A stretch of 64,000 bases of DNA. It comes from Bugula neritina. Lineage: Eukaryota > Animalia > Bryozoa. Below, in pieces: positions 37,290 through 48,268 of this stretch. Location: contig OZ037767.1 of assembly GCA_964035545.1 (NCBI GenBank), forward strand, positions 4,480,707 through 4,544,706. Reading direction: 5' to 3'. The stretch's first letter is position 1; the number at the start of each line of letters is the position of its first letter. The notes beneath the pieces were generated by a model, which ran no database searches, had not been told where the DNA came from, and saw only the letters and a program-made list of their open reading frames with translations. The position numbers and the translations under genes were made by a program.

Positions 37290-39281
37290 TTTGATACAAG
37301 TCACTTCAATTATATAAAAACATCATACATTTCCACACAATTATATAAACAATAATTATATTCATATATTATATTTAGTAGAGTATCATTTTACATCATA
37401 ATATAATATACACCTGTTTGGTAGAGCTGGCAGTTTACATTCCCTCATGTACAATTTTCTCAGTGATAGTGACAATGTGAATATATTGTCAGGTAGACCT
37501 TCATATAGGTGAGTATGTGATATATCCAATATCTCAAGATTATTCAGTGAAGATATGCTGTAACATAGCATATAGATATGAAACGTTGTATAATAATTTA
37601 GTAAGAATATAACCACAGCATGTAACCAATTAAACTGGCATCAAATCTACTCTTACTGACTAAGTATTGGAAATTGTCATCCACCAGAATATTAAGTACA
37701 CATGTACTGTAAAAACCACTTTAACTATATTATAACACTCAAGTTATGAATTACTTTTGTATAGTAAGTACAGTCTCTCCTATAGCTATATATTATTGTA
37801 CATGTAATTATATAATATGCCTTAATGCGTTGACTTTTTGTGACTTATTTGTATGGTAGAAATTTTTAATAATTTGTAGGCGTTTATAAAGATGTGTATC
37901 ATTTACTGGTTCATTACGTTCAAATACTTATCACATAAAACACAGTATTTATATAGATACAGCATGTGGGAGGAGAGTAAGTGGGAGGAGCTAACAATAT
38001 AAACAACAATCTTATTATGACATAATACATACCTGTTTGGTAGAGTTGACAGTTCACAATAACTCATGTACAATTCCCTCAATGATAGCACAGATGTGAA
38101 TATATTGTCAGGTAGACCTTCAGATAGGTTATTGTGTGATATATTTAATACTTCAAGATTCTTTAGTGAAGATATACTGTAACATAGTATATAGATATAT
38201 GGAATGTTGCATAATACAGGTAATTTAGTGAGAATATATAATCACAGCGTGTAACTCGTTGACAATGACTTAACATAACAATTAAGTTATGAATTAATAT
38301 TGCATAGTACGTTAGTACATTTTCTCCTACTCTATATTACTATACGTATGTAATTATATAATACACACCTGTTTGGTAGAGTTGACAGTTCACAGTAACT
38401 CATGTCCAACTCTCTCAGTGATAGTAAGGATGTGAATATATTGTCAGGTAGACCTTCAGATAGATTATTATGTGACACATTCAATACCTCAAGATTCTTC
38501 AGTGAAGATATGCTGTAACATAAAATAAAGTTAAAAAACTGTCAAAGCCAATTTTATTTCTAGGTATTATTATTATGCTTGCATAAGTAACAGTTGCTAC
38601 TAAAGCTAGCGTTATTATAAGAGGAGATTACTTCACATTCTACTCAAACTACAGATAATAGCTGTAGTGTTGAGTTTACCCAGCGGTCCAGCGGTATAAT
38701 GGTTAGCACGATTGCTTGTAAGCTGGAGGTCTCGGGTTCGAATCCCAGCGAGAGAAAAATTATTTAATAAGCTATTTCGGCCGTTATTGAAATGTGGTAG
38801 TACTCCGAGAGAGTAAAGAGGCCAGTGAAATTCCTGAGAACTAGGTGGGATGTAGTGTTGAATTTACCCAGTGGTCCCATGGTGTAATGGTTAGCACACT
38901 TGCTTGTAAGCTGGAGGTCTCGGGTTCAAATCCCAGTGTGGGCAAAATTATTTTCTAACAGCTCACTTATAAATGTAGTTTAAAATTATACGAATATTAT
39001 ATAACAATATTATATAACAATATTATATAACAATATTATATAACAATATAAGAATATTATACCGGCCCCAGTCAGCATTGCTGTCTACTCCACACACCCA
39101 TAGATGTGCTAGATGAGGAAACAGTGTGTTCATATTTGGAGGAATGTCATACTCCAGTATAACATGAGTAACTGTATGATGTCTACTTTTATCATTGATC
39201 TCTTCTATAGTGTAGAGTGTAGTATCATTCTCCATCCACTTGTCATCAGCTCCATCTATACTGGATGTGTTGAACCACACC
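29955..39281 (-). CDS. LRR-ROC-COR-caspase fusion protein (Roco/MFHAS1-like N-terminal part plus peptidase C14 caspase), about 1,400 aa, spliced
   Basis: Exons (minus strand): 39281-39063, 38512-38369, 38176-38033, 37557-37414, 37169-37038, 36674-36531, 36033-35890, 35320-33318, 33187-33095, 32685-32477, 32329-32129, 31636-31414, 30738-30538, 30399-30290, 30113-29955. All introns are GT-AG with compatible phases and no internal stop. The start is uncertain (candidate ATG at 39235). Confidence 0.82.
30842..31258. mobile_element. Foldback-type MITE in a caspase intron
   Basis: Left arm of ~15-bp repeats (GGTAAAAATGGCACA)n, right arm the reverse complement. Flanked by a 9-bp direct repeat GGTGTAGCC (30833-30841 and 31259-31267). 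Confidence 0.8.
31862..32020. mobile_element. Short MITE-like element, with a related copy in inverted orientation at about 32920-33040
   Basis: TIR CAGTAATGGAGAAATTGA / TCAACTTCTCCACTACTG. Internal sequence (gagaaaagcctgtgtt...agaagttatgttct) recurs reverse-complemented in a nearby intron. No TSD seen. Confidence 0.55.
33318..35320 (-). CDS. Large exon: terminal LRRs, ROC GTPase and COR region
   Basis: LRR cap (SPPLEVCERGIDAVRQYY), G1 GNTMAGKTS, G3 DMGGQEVYHITYQ, G4-like FTHED, COR motif LTYMHDCGKILWY, and a C-terminal Cys cluster CYCAHC. Confidence 0.9.
35890..38512 (-). CDS. Six tandem LRR exons (two LRRs each) of the Roco-caspase gene
   Basis: Five 144-nt exons and one 132-nt exon, all phase 2-2. 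Consensus ISSLKNLEVLNISHNNLSEGLPDNIFTSLLSLRELYMSYCELSTLPN. Confidence 0.88.
36195..36406 (+). mobile_element. tRNA-derived SINE in an LRR intron
   Basis: A-box-like (gccgtggtctagggg) and B-box-like (gggtttgaacccc) head. 14-bp TSD tactg(t/c)acaaac(a/t)a with 2 mismatches. Absent from the paralogous intron near 37705. Confidence 0.7.
37216..37285. repeat. (TA)n microsatellite
   Basis: Direct observation. Confidence 0.95.
38663..38960 (+). mobile_element. Small insertion with ~110-bp terminal direct repeats, each containing a tRNA-like sequence
   Basis: Repeats begin TGTAGTGTTGA at 38663 and 38851, each with an A box (TGGTGTAATGG-like) and B box (GGTTCRAATCC). The empty site gataatagctcacttataa is seen in the paralogous intron near 36778. 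Confidence 0.6.
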
Positions 39282-40914
39282 CTGTACTCTACACAAGTAT
39301 ATAAATAATAACTTTGATATGAGGAATAGAATGTTTATAAATATCATCAGCTATATTGAATGTGTAGAATCATGACTAGCAAAAGTTACAATTTACAACA
39401 AACTTTTGAATTTTCATCATTCATTGTTACTCTGAAGATGGGCAAAGTGGTGCCCCCCCCCCCCAATATTAGTTAATTACTTTGCCTAATAAAGCAATAA
39501 AACCTCAATGTTTCTCGTATATACTAATTCATAATCAAATTGCTAGCTAGCAAAGATATATTTATAATAAACATTTTATATTTTAAATATTTAAACAAAT
39601 TAAGACTGTGATTTAATCTGAATGTATACTATGTCAAACTATAACCTAACAGTATGACTCAACCTTGTAGCTGGTGCAGACGTAAACTACAGCAGATGGC
39701 AGGTAAAAGGGTAGCCATATTGTTTATAGCTCTGTACAGCATGTGTTATAATATATAATATAATACTATTTTATAGACAGAAGATGTACTTCAACTACAA
39801 GATATAGAAACTATGGTTACTGAATACAAGCAGTAAAACTTTCCTTATGTCACTGAAACCCACTTAATATTTATAGGCTATTTATCATTTCTTACACAGT
39901 CTGTTGCAGAGTTAATTTGATAGACTCTGTAGTTACTGATTACAGTGTCTGTATTTATATGATTTACTAACCAGTCACTGGCGGAGGTAGAGGAGTGAGT
40001 GGAGGTTGAAGTCTAGGAACAGATTTACGTTGACCCATCCTGTAGTCACTGGCTATAGCTATAGTCGTATCCAATAATCTTCATTCTTAACAACCAGCTT
40101 ATTGAGTTTATTTCTTTAAACTCTATACATGGTAAAATACTAAAGCTCATTTGTGAAGCATGGGCTTTTTTCTGTGACTGTTTATATACACACCAAAGTT
40201 AACTAACTTTTAGTCACTTACATTTTCATAATAGATTAAACTGTACTTACAGTGGATTTAAATAACATCAACAGGCGAGATGAGATACTCTTCACCACCT
40301 GCATATGTTACATAATATCCTCCATAAATTGGCATGATTATCCTCTCACTACGACATGGAGAGGACAAGTGGCTTCACTCATCTTCCCTAGTGTGTGCTA
40401 GTCAGTGCTGCTACTGCCAGTATTGTGGGGGTTATATGATCACGTGATAGGTTGCTCAAATGTCATGCCTTTTGGTATTGACTGTTATATCACCTGCAGA
40501 ATAATGGTGGCATTCTAGATATGTATATACACTTTGGTATAAGTTCTAGTTTATAGATGAACTTTGTAGTCTACTCCTTATAGCTAATGAGAAGAGATGT
40601 AAAAGAGCTGGTACAATAAAAAGCTTTGTTTTATGATGTTCACAAGGAACACATAAATACATGTATATATAAAGAGTTTTGTAGCTGCGATGCACAAGTT
40701 ATGTGCAAGTTGTTTGCAATATAATTCTTGATATTTAAATTAATCAATTGCATTCAGTTGATAACAAAAAATGTAATTCTTTGAGTATAACAATAAACTT
40801 GAATCAATCTGGACACCGTGCCTGATGAGTAGTAATGGAGCAAATTTATTAGCATAGGTTACATGTCACAGACTAACAGGCATAATCAACGTCAGTGCTC
40901 CCGCAGTATCTCGT

Positions 40915-41130
40915 GAAGATAAAGCCTCTGTCATGCATAGCTGTGTAACCTGTTCTGTATTTTAAGTAACTTGAGTAACTCATCTGCTGGTACAATGTCT
41001 ACTATACATTCTATTATTTCTGGATGACCTTTATATGCAGCACAGAGTGAAGCTGTATTACCAGCCTCATTCTTAATGCCTCAAGCAGCTGAGAAATAGA
41101 AATATACATATCACTATCCCTGCATGACCA
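40915..41130 (-). pseudogene. Degraded fragment of the ankyrin-array gene family
   Basis: Close match to array CDS (aagtaacttgagtaactcatctgctggtacaatgtctactatacatt...) with deletions and frameshifts. Confidence 0.85.
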
Positions 41131-42720
41131 CGAGTTTGGAGTTGGAATTTATGTTGGAACTTGGAACCTCCAACTCCAAGCTCGAGAATTCTAAACTACT
41201 GCCCTTAGTCACCCCCAACTCGGAGCTGCTTATAGAATAATTCCACCAACTTTTGTGATTTCAATTTTTAAATAACAAAAGCATTCAAAACAGCTCATAT
41301 TATTACCGACATATGGAGTAAAATCTTACTAGCAATTTTCAGAATGAAAATGGCTAGTAAATAGATTTTTCACTTACTAAAATGAAACTATATTGCTTAA
41401 ATTTTTGAAAATAGGCGCATCTGGCAGAGAGCCAATAGCCCACAACCCTTTCTGAACTCCCTAACCTTCTTTGAGCAACTTCAAGGCATGTTTGCCCTGA
41501 AGCTTGGTTTGCAGTCAGTTTTTTAATATGCTTATAGTAGAGTGAGCATAGACAAAACCATGATAATATAGTACAACATATCACAACATTATTTAGCAAA
41601 TGCATAATAAAAATGTAATATTAATAGTTTCACAATAATTTAGTTACTGTCACAGCTAACTAAAATGGTTAGGGCTTATAACTGTTGACTACTTTAAACT
41701 AGTGTAGAGTCATTTGTTGCAGATGCTTTTAGAAAATCATTACCACTGAATTATATGTGGTTTGATTATATTACAACTGATTTCAACCTTAAACATGTGA
41801 GCTGCGAACATGTGTACTAATTGTTATTATACCCTTTGATCCTTTGTTTATTTATTTATTTATAGTATACAGGCCTAACAGAAAGTTTTAATTATTCACC
41901 TGTGAAAAGCAACTTTGTGCCATATCAATTTACCTGGCAGATATATAATATTATTATGATCAATAAAACCTTCGATACAACCAAAAAACCGGAGTTGTCT
42001 CCCTACAATTAAGTCATCTAATTACATTGCATATTAATGGACAAAAATTTTTAATCACATTGATAAACATTAAAAAATTATTTTCTTTTTTATGTTTTAC
42101 AGGAAAAAAATTATAAAAATTATATAATTTGTATAATAGAATTTTAAATTTTTCACACACAAAAATTATAAATAACAAAATTATATAATTTACTAAATTT
42201 TTTCTAAAAGCCAATTTTCGAAATCACTTTATGAACCCTCGCAACGAGGTGACGAACCGAGTAAAGGAGCAAAACCCATTTCTTACCCAGCATAACACAG
42301 TGTGGTATATTTAAGAGTGTTGACTTTAAACCATGAAAAATCATTATGCCGCTATTGGTACCGCGGGTTTATATAAGTTATAGAGGAAAAATTTTGCCAC
42401 TTTTGTGATTTTATTTTTTTTTATATTATGTGTCCATTTTTTTTAGTTTTGTTTATTGGTAAAATTTTTAAACATATTTTCAATACATATAAAATTTTAA
42501 AAAAAATTAAAACTTAATCATGCACGTAAAAACAAAGCTATAAAGTTTAAGCTTCGCTGTGATTACAATGTGAATATGAATTGAATAATGCTTGCAATAA
42601 CCATTTTACACAAAATACTTTACAGTTGCTATAAATGTAAGACTAGTAAATTGGATGCAAATAGGCACGGTAATACTACTTAATTTATGCTATTTTTGAA
42701 TTTTGTAGTAAATATTTGGC

Positions 42721-42795
<75 letters not shown>

Positions 42796-43080
42796 TTCAT
42801 ATTTGGGTTCATAGGTGGTCAATTTGGTATGTAAAACATCCATAGGGGGCTCTATGCCCATAGGGGGCTGCTCATAGGGGGCACCATGTTTGAGTGTTTT
42901 AAATTACTCAGAACAGTCTGTTATGGTATATAGACACTATTTTAAAAATAGGCTCACAGAAGGACAATTTGATATTTTCCAATACCAGAGGGGGCTCTGT
43001 ATATATATACAAAAAGCCCCCTATGGTATTATAAAATATCAAATTAGGGAGTTGTCTTCCCAAAAACTAATGTAACGTTT

Positions 43081-46000
43081 TTTCACTGTTGGAAACACTT
43101 AATTACATTGATAATAATATCATTTCAGTTGCTATAATTGTGCCAGGGCTTAAGGTAGAACTTGTATAGAAATCTGGCCTGCATCTCCGTTAAAAAAATT
43201 ATATTTGAGTTGTTGTGAGCCTATATATTTATTATCTGCCCCCTATGAGCCTATATATATTATATCTGCCCCCTATGAGCCTATATATTCTACATCTGCC
43301 CCCTATGAACTTATATATATTATATCTGCCCCCTATGAACTTATATATATTTTATGTGCCCCCTATGAACCTATATATTCTATATCTGCCCCCTATCAAC
43401 TTATATATTATATCTGCCCCCTGTGAACTTATATATATTTTATGTGCCCCCTATGAACCTATATATTCTATATCTGCCCCCTATCAACTTATATATTATA
43501 TCTGCCCCCTATGAACTTATATATATTATATCTGCCCCCTATGAGCCTATATATTCTATATCTGCCCCCTATGAACCTATATATATATTATATCTGCCCC
43601 CTATGAACTTATATATATATATTATATCTGCCCCCTATGAACTTATATATATATTATATCTGCCCCCTATGAACTTATATATATATATTATATCTGCCCC
43701 CTATGGGCATATATATTCTATATCTGCCCCCTATGAACCTATATATATATTATATCTGCCCCCTATGAACTTGAATATATATATATATTATATCTGCCCC
43801 TATGAGCCTATATACTCCATATCTGCCCGCTATGAACCTAGATATGTGCCCTCTTTCACTGTTGGAAACACTTATTTACAGTGATGATAATATCATTTCA
43901 GTTGCTATAACTGTGCCAGGGCTTGAGGTAGAACTTGTATAGAAATCTGGCCTGCATCTCCGTTAAAAAATTATATTTGAGTTGTTGTGAGCTTATATAT
44001 TATATCTGCCCCCTATGAGCCTATATATTCTATATCTGCCCCCTATGAACTTATATATATTATATCTGCCCCCTGTGAACTTATATATATTTTATGTGCC
44101 CCCTATGAGCCTATATATTCCATATCTGCCCCCTATGAGCTTATATATTCTATATCTGCCCCCTATAAGCCTATATATTCTACATCTGCCCCCTATGAGC
44201 TTATATATTCTATATCTGCCCCCTATGAGCCTATATATTCTACATCTGCCCCCTTTGAGCCTATATATATATTATATCTGCCCCCTATGAGCCTATATAT
44301 TCTACATCTGCCCCCTTTGAGCCTATATATTCTATATCTGCCCCCTATGAGCTTATATATTCTATATCTGCCCCCTATGAAATTATATATTCTATATCTG
44401 CCCCCTATGAGCCTATATATTTATTATCTGCCCCCCTATGAGCCTATATATATTATATCTGCCCCCTATGAGCCTATATATTCTATATCTGCCCCCTATG
44501 AACTTATATATATTATATCTGCCCCCTATGAACTTATATATATTTTATGTGCCCCCTATGAACCTATATATTCTATATCTGCCCCCTATCAACTTATATA
44601 TTATATCTGCCCCCTGTGAACTTATATATATTTTATGTGCCCCCTATGAACCTATATATTCTATATCTGCCCCCTATCAACTTATATATTATATCTGCCC
44701 CCTATGAACTTATATATATTATATCTGCCCCCTATGAGCCTATATATTCTATATCTGCCCCCTATGAACCTATATATATATTATATCTGCCCCCTATGAA
44801 CTTATATATATATATTATATCTGCCCCCTATGAACTTATATATATATTATATCTGCCCCCTATGAACTTATATATATATATTATATCTGCCCCCTATGGG
44901 CATATATATTCTATATCTGCCCCCTATGAACCTATATATATATTATATCTGCCCCCTATGAACTTGAATATATATATATATATATTATATCTGCCCCTAT
45001 GAGCCTATATACTCCATATCTGCCCGCTATGAACCTAGATATGTGCCCTCTTTCACTGTTGGAAACACTTATTTACAGTGATGATAATATCATTTCAGTT
45101 GCTATAACTGTGCCAGGGCTTGAGGTAGAACTTGTATAGAAATCTGGCCTGCATCTCCGTTAAAAAATTATATTTGAGTTGTTGTGAGCTTATATATTAT
45201 ATCTGCCCCCTATGAGCCTATATATTCTATATCTGCCCCCTATGAACTTATATATATTATATCTGCCCCCTGTGAACTTATATATATTTTATGTGCCCCC
45301 TATGAACCTATATATTCTATATCTGCCCCCTATGAACTTATATATTATATCTGCCCCTATGAACTTATATATATTATATCTGCCCCCTATGAGCCTATAT
45401 ATTCTATATCTGCCCCCTATGAACCTATATATATATTATATCTGCCCCCTATGAACTTATATATATGTATTATATCTGCCCCCTATGAGCTTATATAATA
45501 TATTATATCTGCCCCCTATGAGCCTATATATTCTATATCTGCCCCCTATAAGCCTATATATATTCTAATCTGCCCCCTATAAGCCTATACATTCTATATC
45601 TGCCCCCTATAAGCCTATATATTTTATATCTGCCCCCTATGAGCCTATATATTCTATATCTGCCCCCTATGAACTTATATATATTATATCTGCCCCCTGT
45701 GAACTTATATATATTTTATGTGCCCCCTATGAGCCTATATATTCCATATCTGCCCCCTATGAGCTTATATATTCTATATCTGCCCCCTATAAGCCTATAT
45801 ATTCTACATCTGCCCCCTATGAGCTCATATATTCTATATCTGCCCCCTATGAGCCTATATATTCCATATCTGCCCCCTATGAGCCTATATATTCTATATC
45901 TGCCCCCTATGAACTTATATATATTATATCTGCCTCCTATGAACTTATATATATATATTATATCTGCCCCCTATGAGCTTATATATTCTATATCTGCCCC

Positions 46001-46190
46001 CTATGAACTTGTATATATTTTATGTGCCATCTTTGAGCTCATATACTATTTATGTGCTGCTATGAGCCTAGATATGTTATATGTGCCCCTTATGAGCTCA
46101 TATATGCTGCATGTATGCGATCCCCATAAGCCTGTGTATACTATATCTGCCCCATATGAGTTGATGTATACTATGTGTGCCCTATATCAG
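43081..46190. repeat. ~30-bp minisatellite (TATATCTGCCCCCTATGARCYTATATAT..) in three higher-order blocks
   Basis: Each array is preceded by the same ~135-bp leader, starting at 43081, 43854 and 45051. Confidence 0.95.
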
Positions 46191-48268
46191 CAAGCACAGT
46201 CCACAGCGTCTGATGTGTATCATAGTAGGTTTATTAATTTGCATATTTTTAATTTGATGTCTTTCTCTGCAATTATGACTTTCAGCTTTAGAAGTTTTTT
46301 TTGTTATATGCAGCACGTTTTCAAATTAAAAAAATTATCAACCTAAGAAGATACATACCTTTTGCTGTCTCCAATTTGCTGCTCAAATTTTTATTTTTGC
46401 TTCTGGTAGAAACAAGCATTTTTTCTAAAAATTTAGTTATAGTGTTTAAAAGTACTATATGGTTTCCCAGCAACCTTTACTTAGCTGAAATGTAACTTTC
46501 CAGTGTCAGAATAGCAGCTTTGACAAAATTTCTCGTATACATATACTGCTAGTAACAGAGAAAATTATCTGTTCCTGCAATTACTTTTACTAAGGTCTAT
46601 AGAGGGAGACCACATCCCTACAATTATGCAAAAGATAATAGACCCCCTGTAGTTTTGGGCCTAGTTTCTTTGCATCTTCATAATCATTTTAATCAGGAAA
46701 CTTAAGTAGGCTTAGAAGTTTTTAATTTACTAAAAATGGCTGCTAAGAGAGGTACCTTAGTTTGAACCTTATACAGAAATCCTATAATTAGCCTATTTGG
46801 CTGCAACTTCAAAAGCACTCTCATATTTATAAATTCGTTTGAAGGAGTTTACCCTCAAATACTGTACAATAAAGAAAAAATTTCAAGCTAGCTGTTCTAT
46901 TTTTCTTGGTTTTGTGTTATCTCAGTACACGCAGAGTTTATAGTCTCTATGAGAGACCTTTTTAACTGACTGAGGGCATAATAGCTGAGATCTTGTCTGC
47001 TGTCACTACAACACGGACTTTTATAATAGGAAATATTAAGAAATGGTTGCAGCTTACCCTTACTACTAAATATTAGACCCTGTAGAATATAAGATAGGCC
47101 CTACACCAAGTTTCATTCACAATAAATCTAATGGGAATCAGTAGAGATGATGAATTCAAAGTTATTAACACATATTATTGAAAACTATTTATACATGTCT
47201 TACTCTTTTTGTTGGTAGTCAAATTATATGACTAGCAAGAAGTCTAGATTTTGTTATTCACCCATTGCGCGAACAATACTTTTTCTAGCTGCATTATTTT
47301 ACTTGAAAAATTTTCAAAACAGGGAAACCAATTCAGCAACTAGTTTTAAAGTTTGAAAAAGGCATGTAGCACCAGTGTTACACTGGTCATCCGTCTCTAT
47401 AAGAGTAACAATTCAGTTTAATTCCAAATAGACAACCCCCTCCATATAGACGCCAAACAATATATTCTACTTAGACTGCCTACTGAACAGCTATATTTAA
47501 AAGCGTTAAAAAATGAAAATTGTACTTTTTATAAATAATATGTATTTTGCTGGAAATATTTTGTTGCATGCAATTAATAGAAGCTGGGGGAAACCCTGAG
47601 TATGTCTCATGTAAACACAGTTGGAGCAAATACACTAGATAACTGTAGAATGGCTAAATATTTGCAGCTGTAATACCTCTAAACAATTCAACTAAAAAGT
47701 AGACATGGATGTGGACATTGTGGCTATTTGGTAATTAGTATAATAGCTTAACAGTGGATTTGCTCTTATCCTTACTAAGTGACAGGCAAAGTAAGAATTT
47801 ACAAAATAAAATCTTTTAACAACCTCCTATCCCAATACATTAGGCCAAGAACTACGGCAAATTGAAATTAATGATGGGTGTCTTTAGATTGCCTAACTTT
47901 TTTGGAGCTACTTACATTTTTCTTTCCTATATTGAAGAAAAAACAGCCATTTAGTTTAGACTTAGCAAAGGCTAGCAACTGTAAGATATGTAGTATTAGT
48001 CAAGTAGCTAACCTGTTACACAGGAAACTTAATAAATAAAACGTTCTGCCTCAGCAAAAGAAGTTTAAGATTTTTACAACCGTGGCTCATTAAATGCTTG
48101 AATATTTTTATGTATAAACACCTAAAGTAAGTTTGTGATTTGAAATTAATGGCAAAAGGTTAGACTCAACTTATTTACTATTGCCTTTCTCGGCCTGGGC
48201 CCAACCAGGCTAAGCAACTTAATTGACTACTAAAAGTTTATGGAGAACTCGAACAGCTGACGTGTAAA

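Noticed and set aside
38682-38945. Two tRNA genes
   Set aside because: Acceptor and anticodon stems pair poorly and both lie inside an insertion, so they are treated as element-borne tRNA-like sequences.
39431-39465. CTGAAGA motif suggesting a hammerhead ribozyme
   Set aside because: The GAAA core and closing stems are absent.
39664-39731. Possible upstream coding exon (MATLLPAICCSLRLHQLQ) of the Roco gene
   Set aside because: Its phase-1 donor is out of frame with the 39281 acceptor. It may be a 5'-UTR exon or uORF and was not included in the CDS.
41131-41184. Short hairpin cgagtttggagttgga...tccaactccaagctcg next to the ankyrin relic
   Set aside because: Probably a MITE remnant; too short and lacking a TSD to classify.
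43205-46346. Repeat/spacer-looking array and many overlapping ORFs (YLPPM / SAPYE repeats): possible CRISPR or repeat protein
   Set aside because: The units are tandem with only TA-length variation, there are no unique spacers or cas genes, and the context is eukaryotic. The ORFs arise from the stop-poor minisatellite in several frames.
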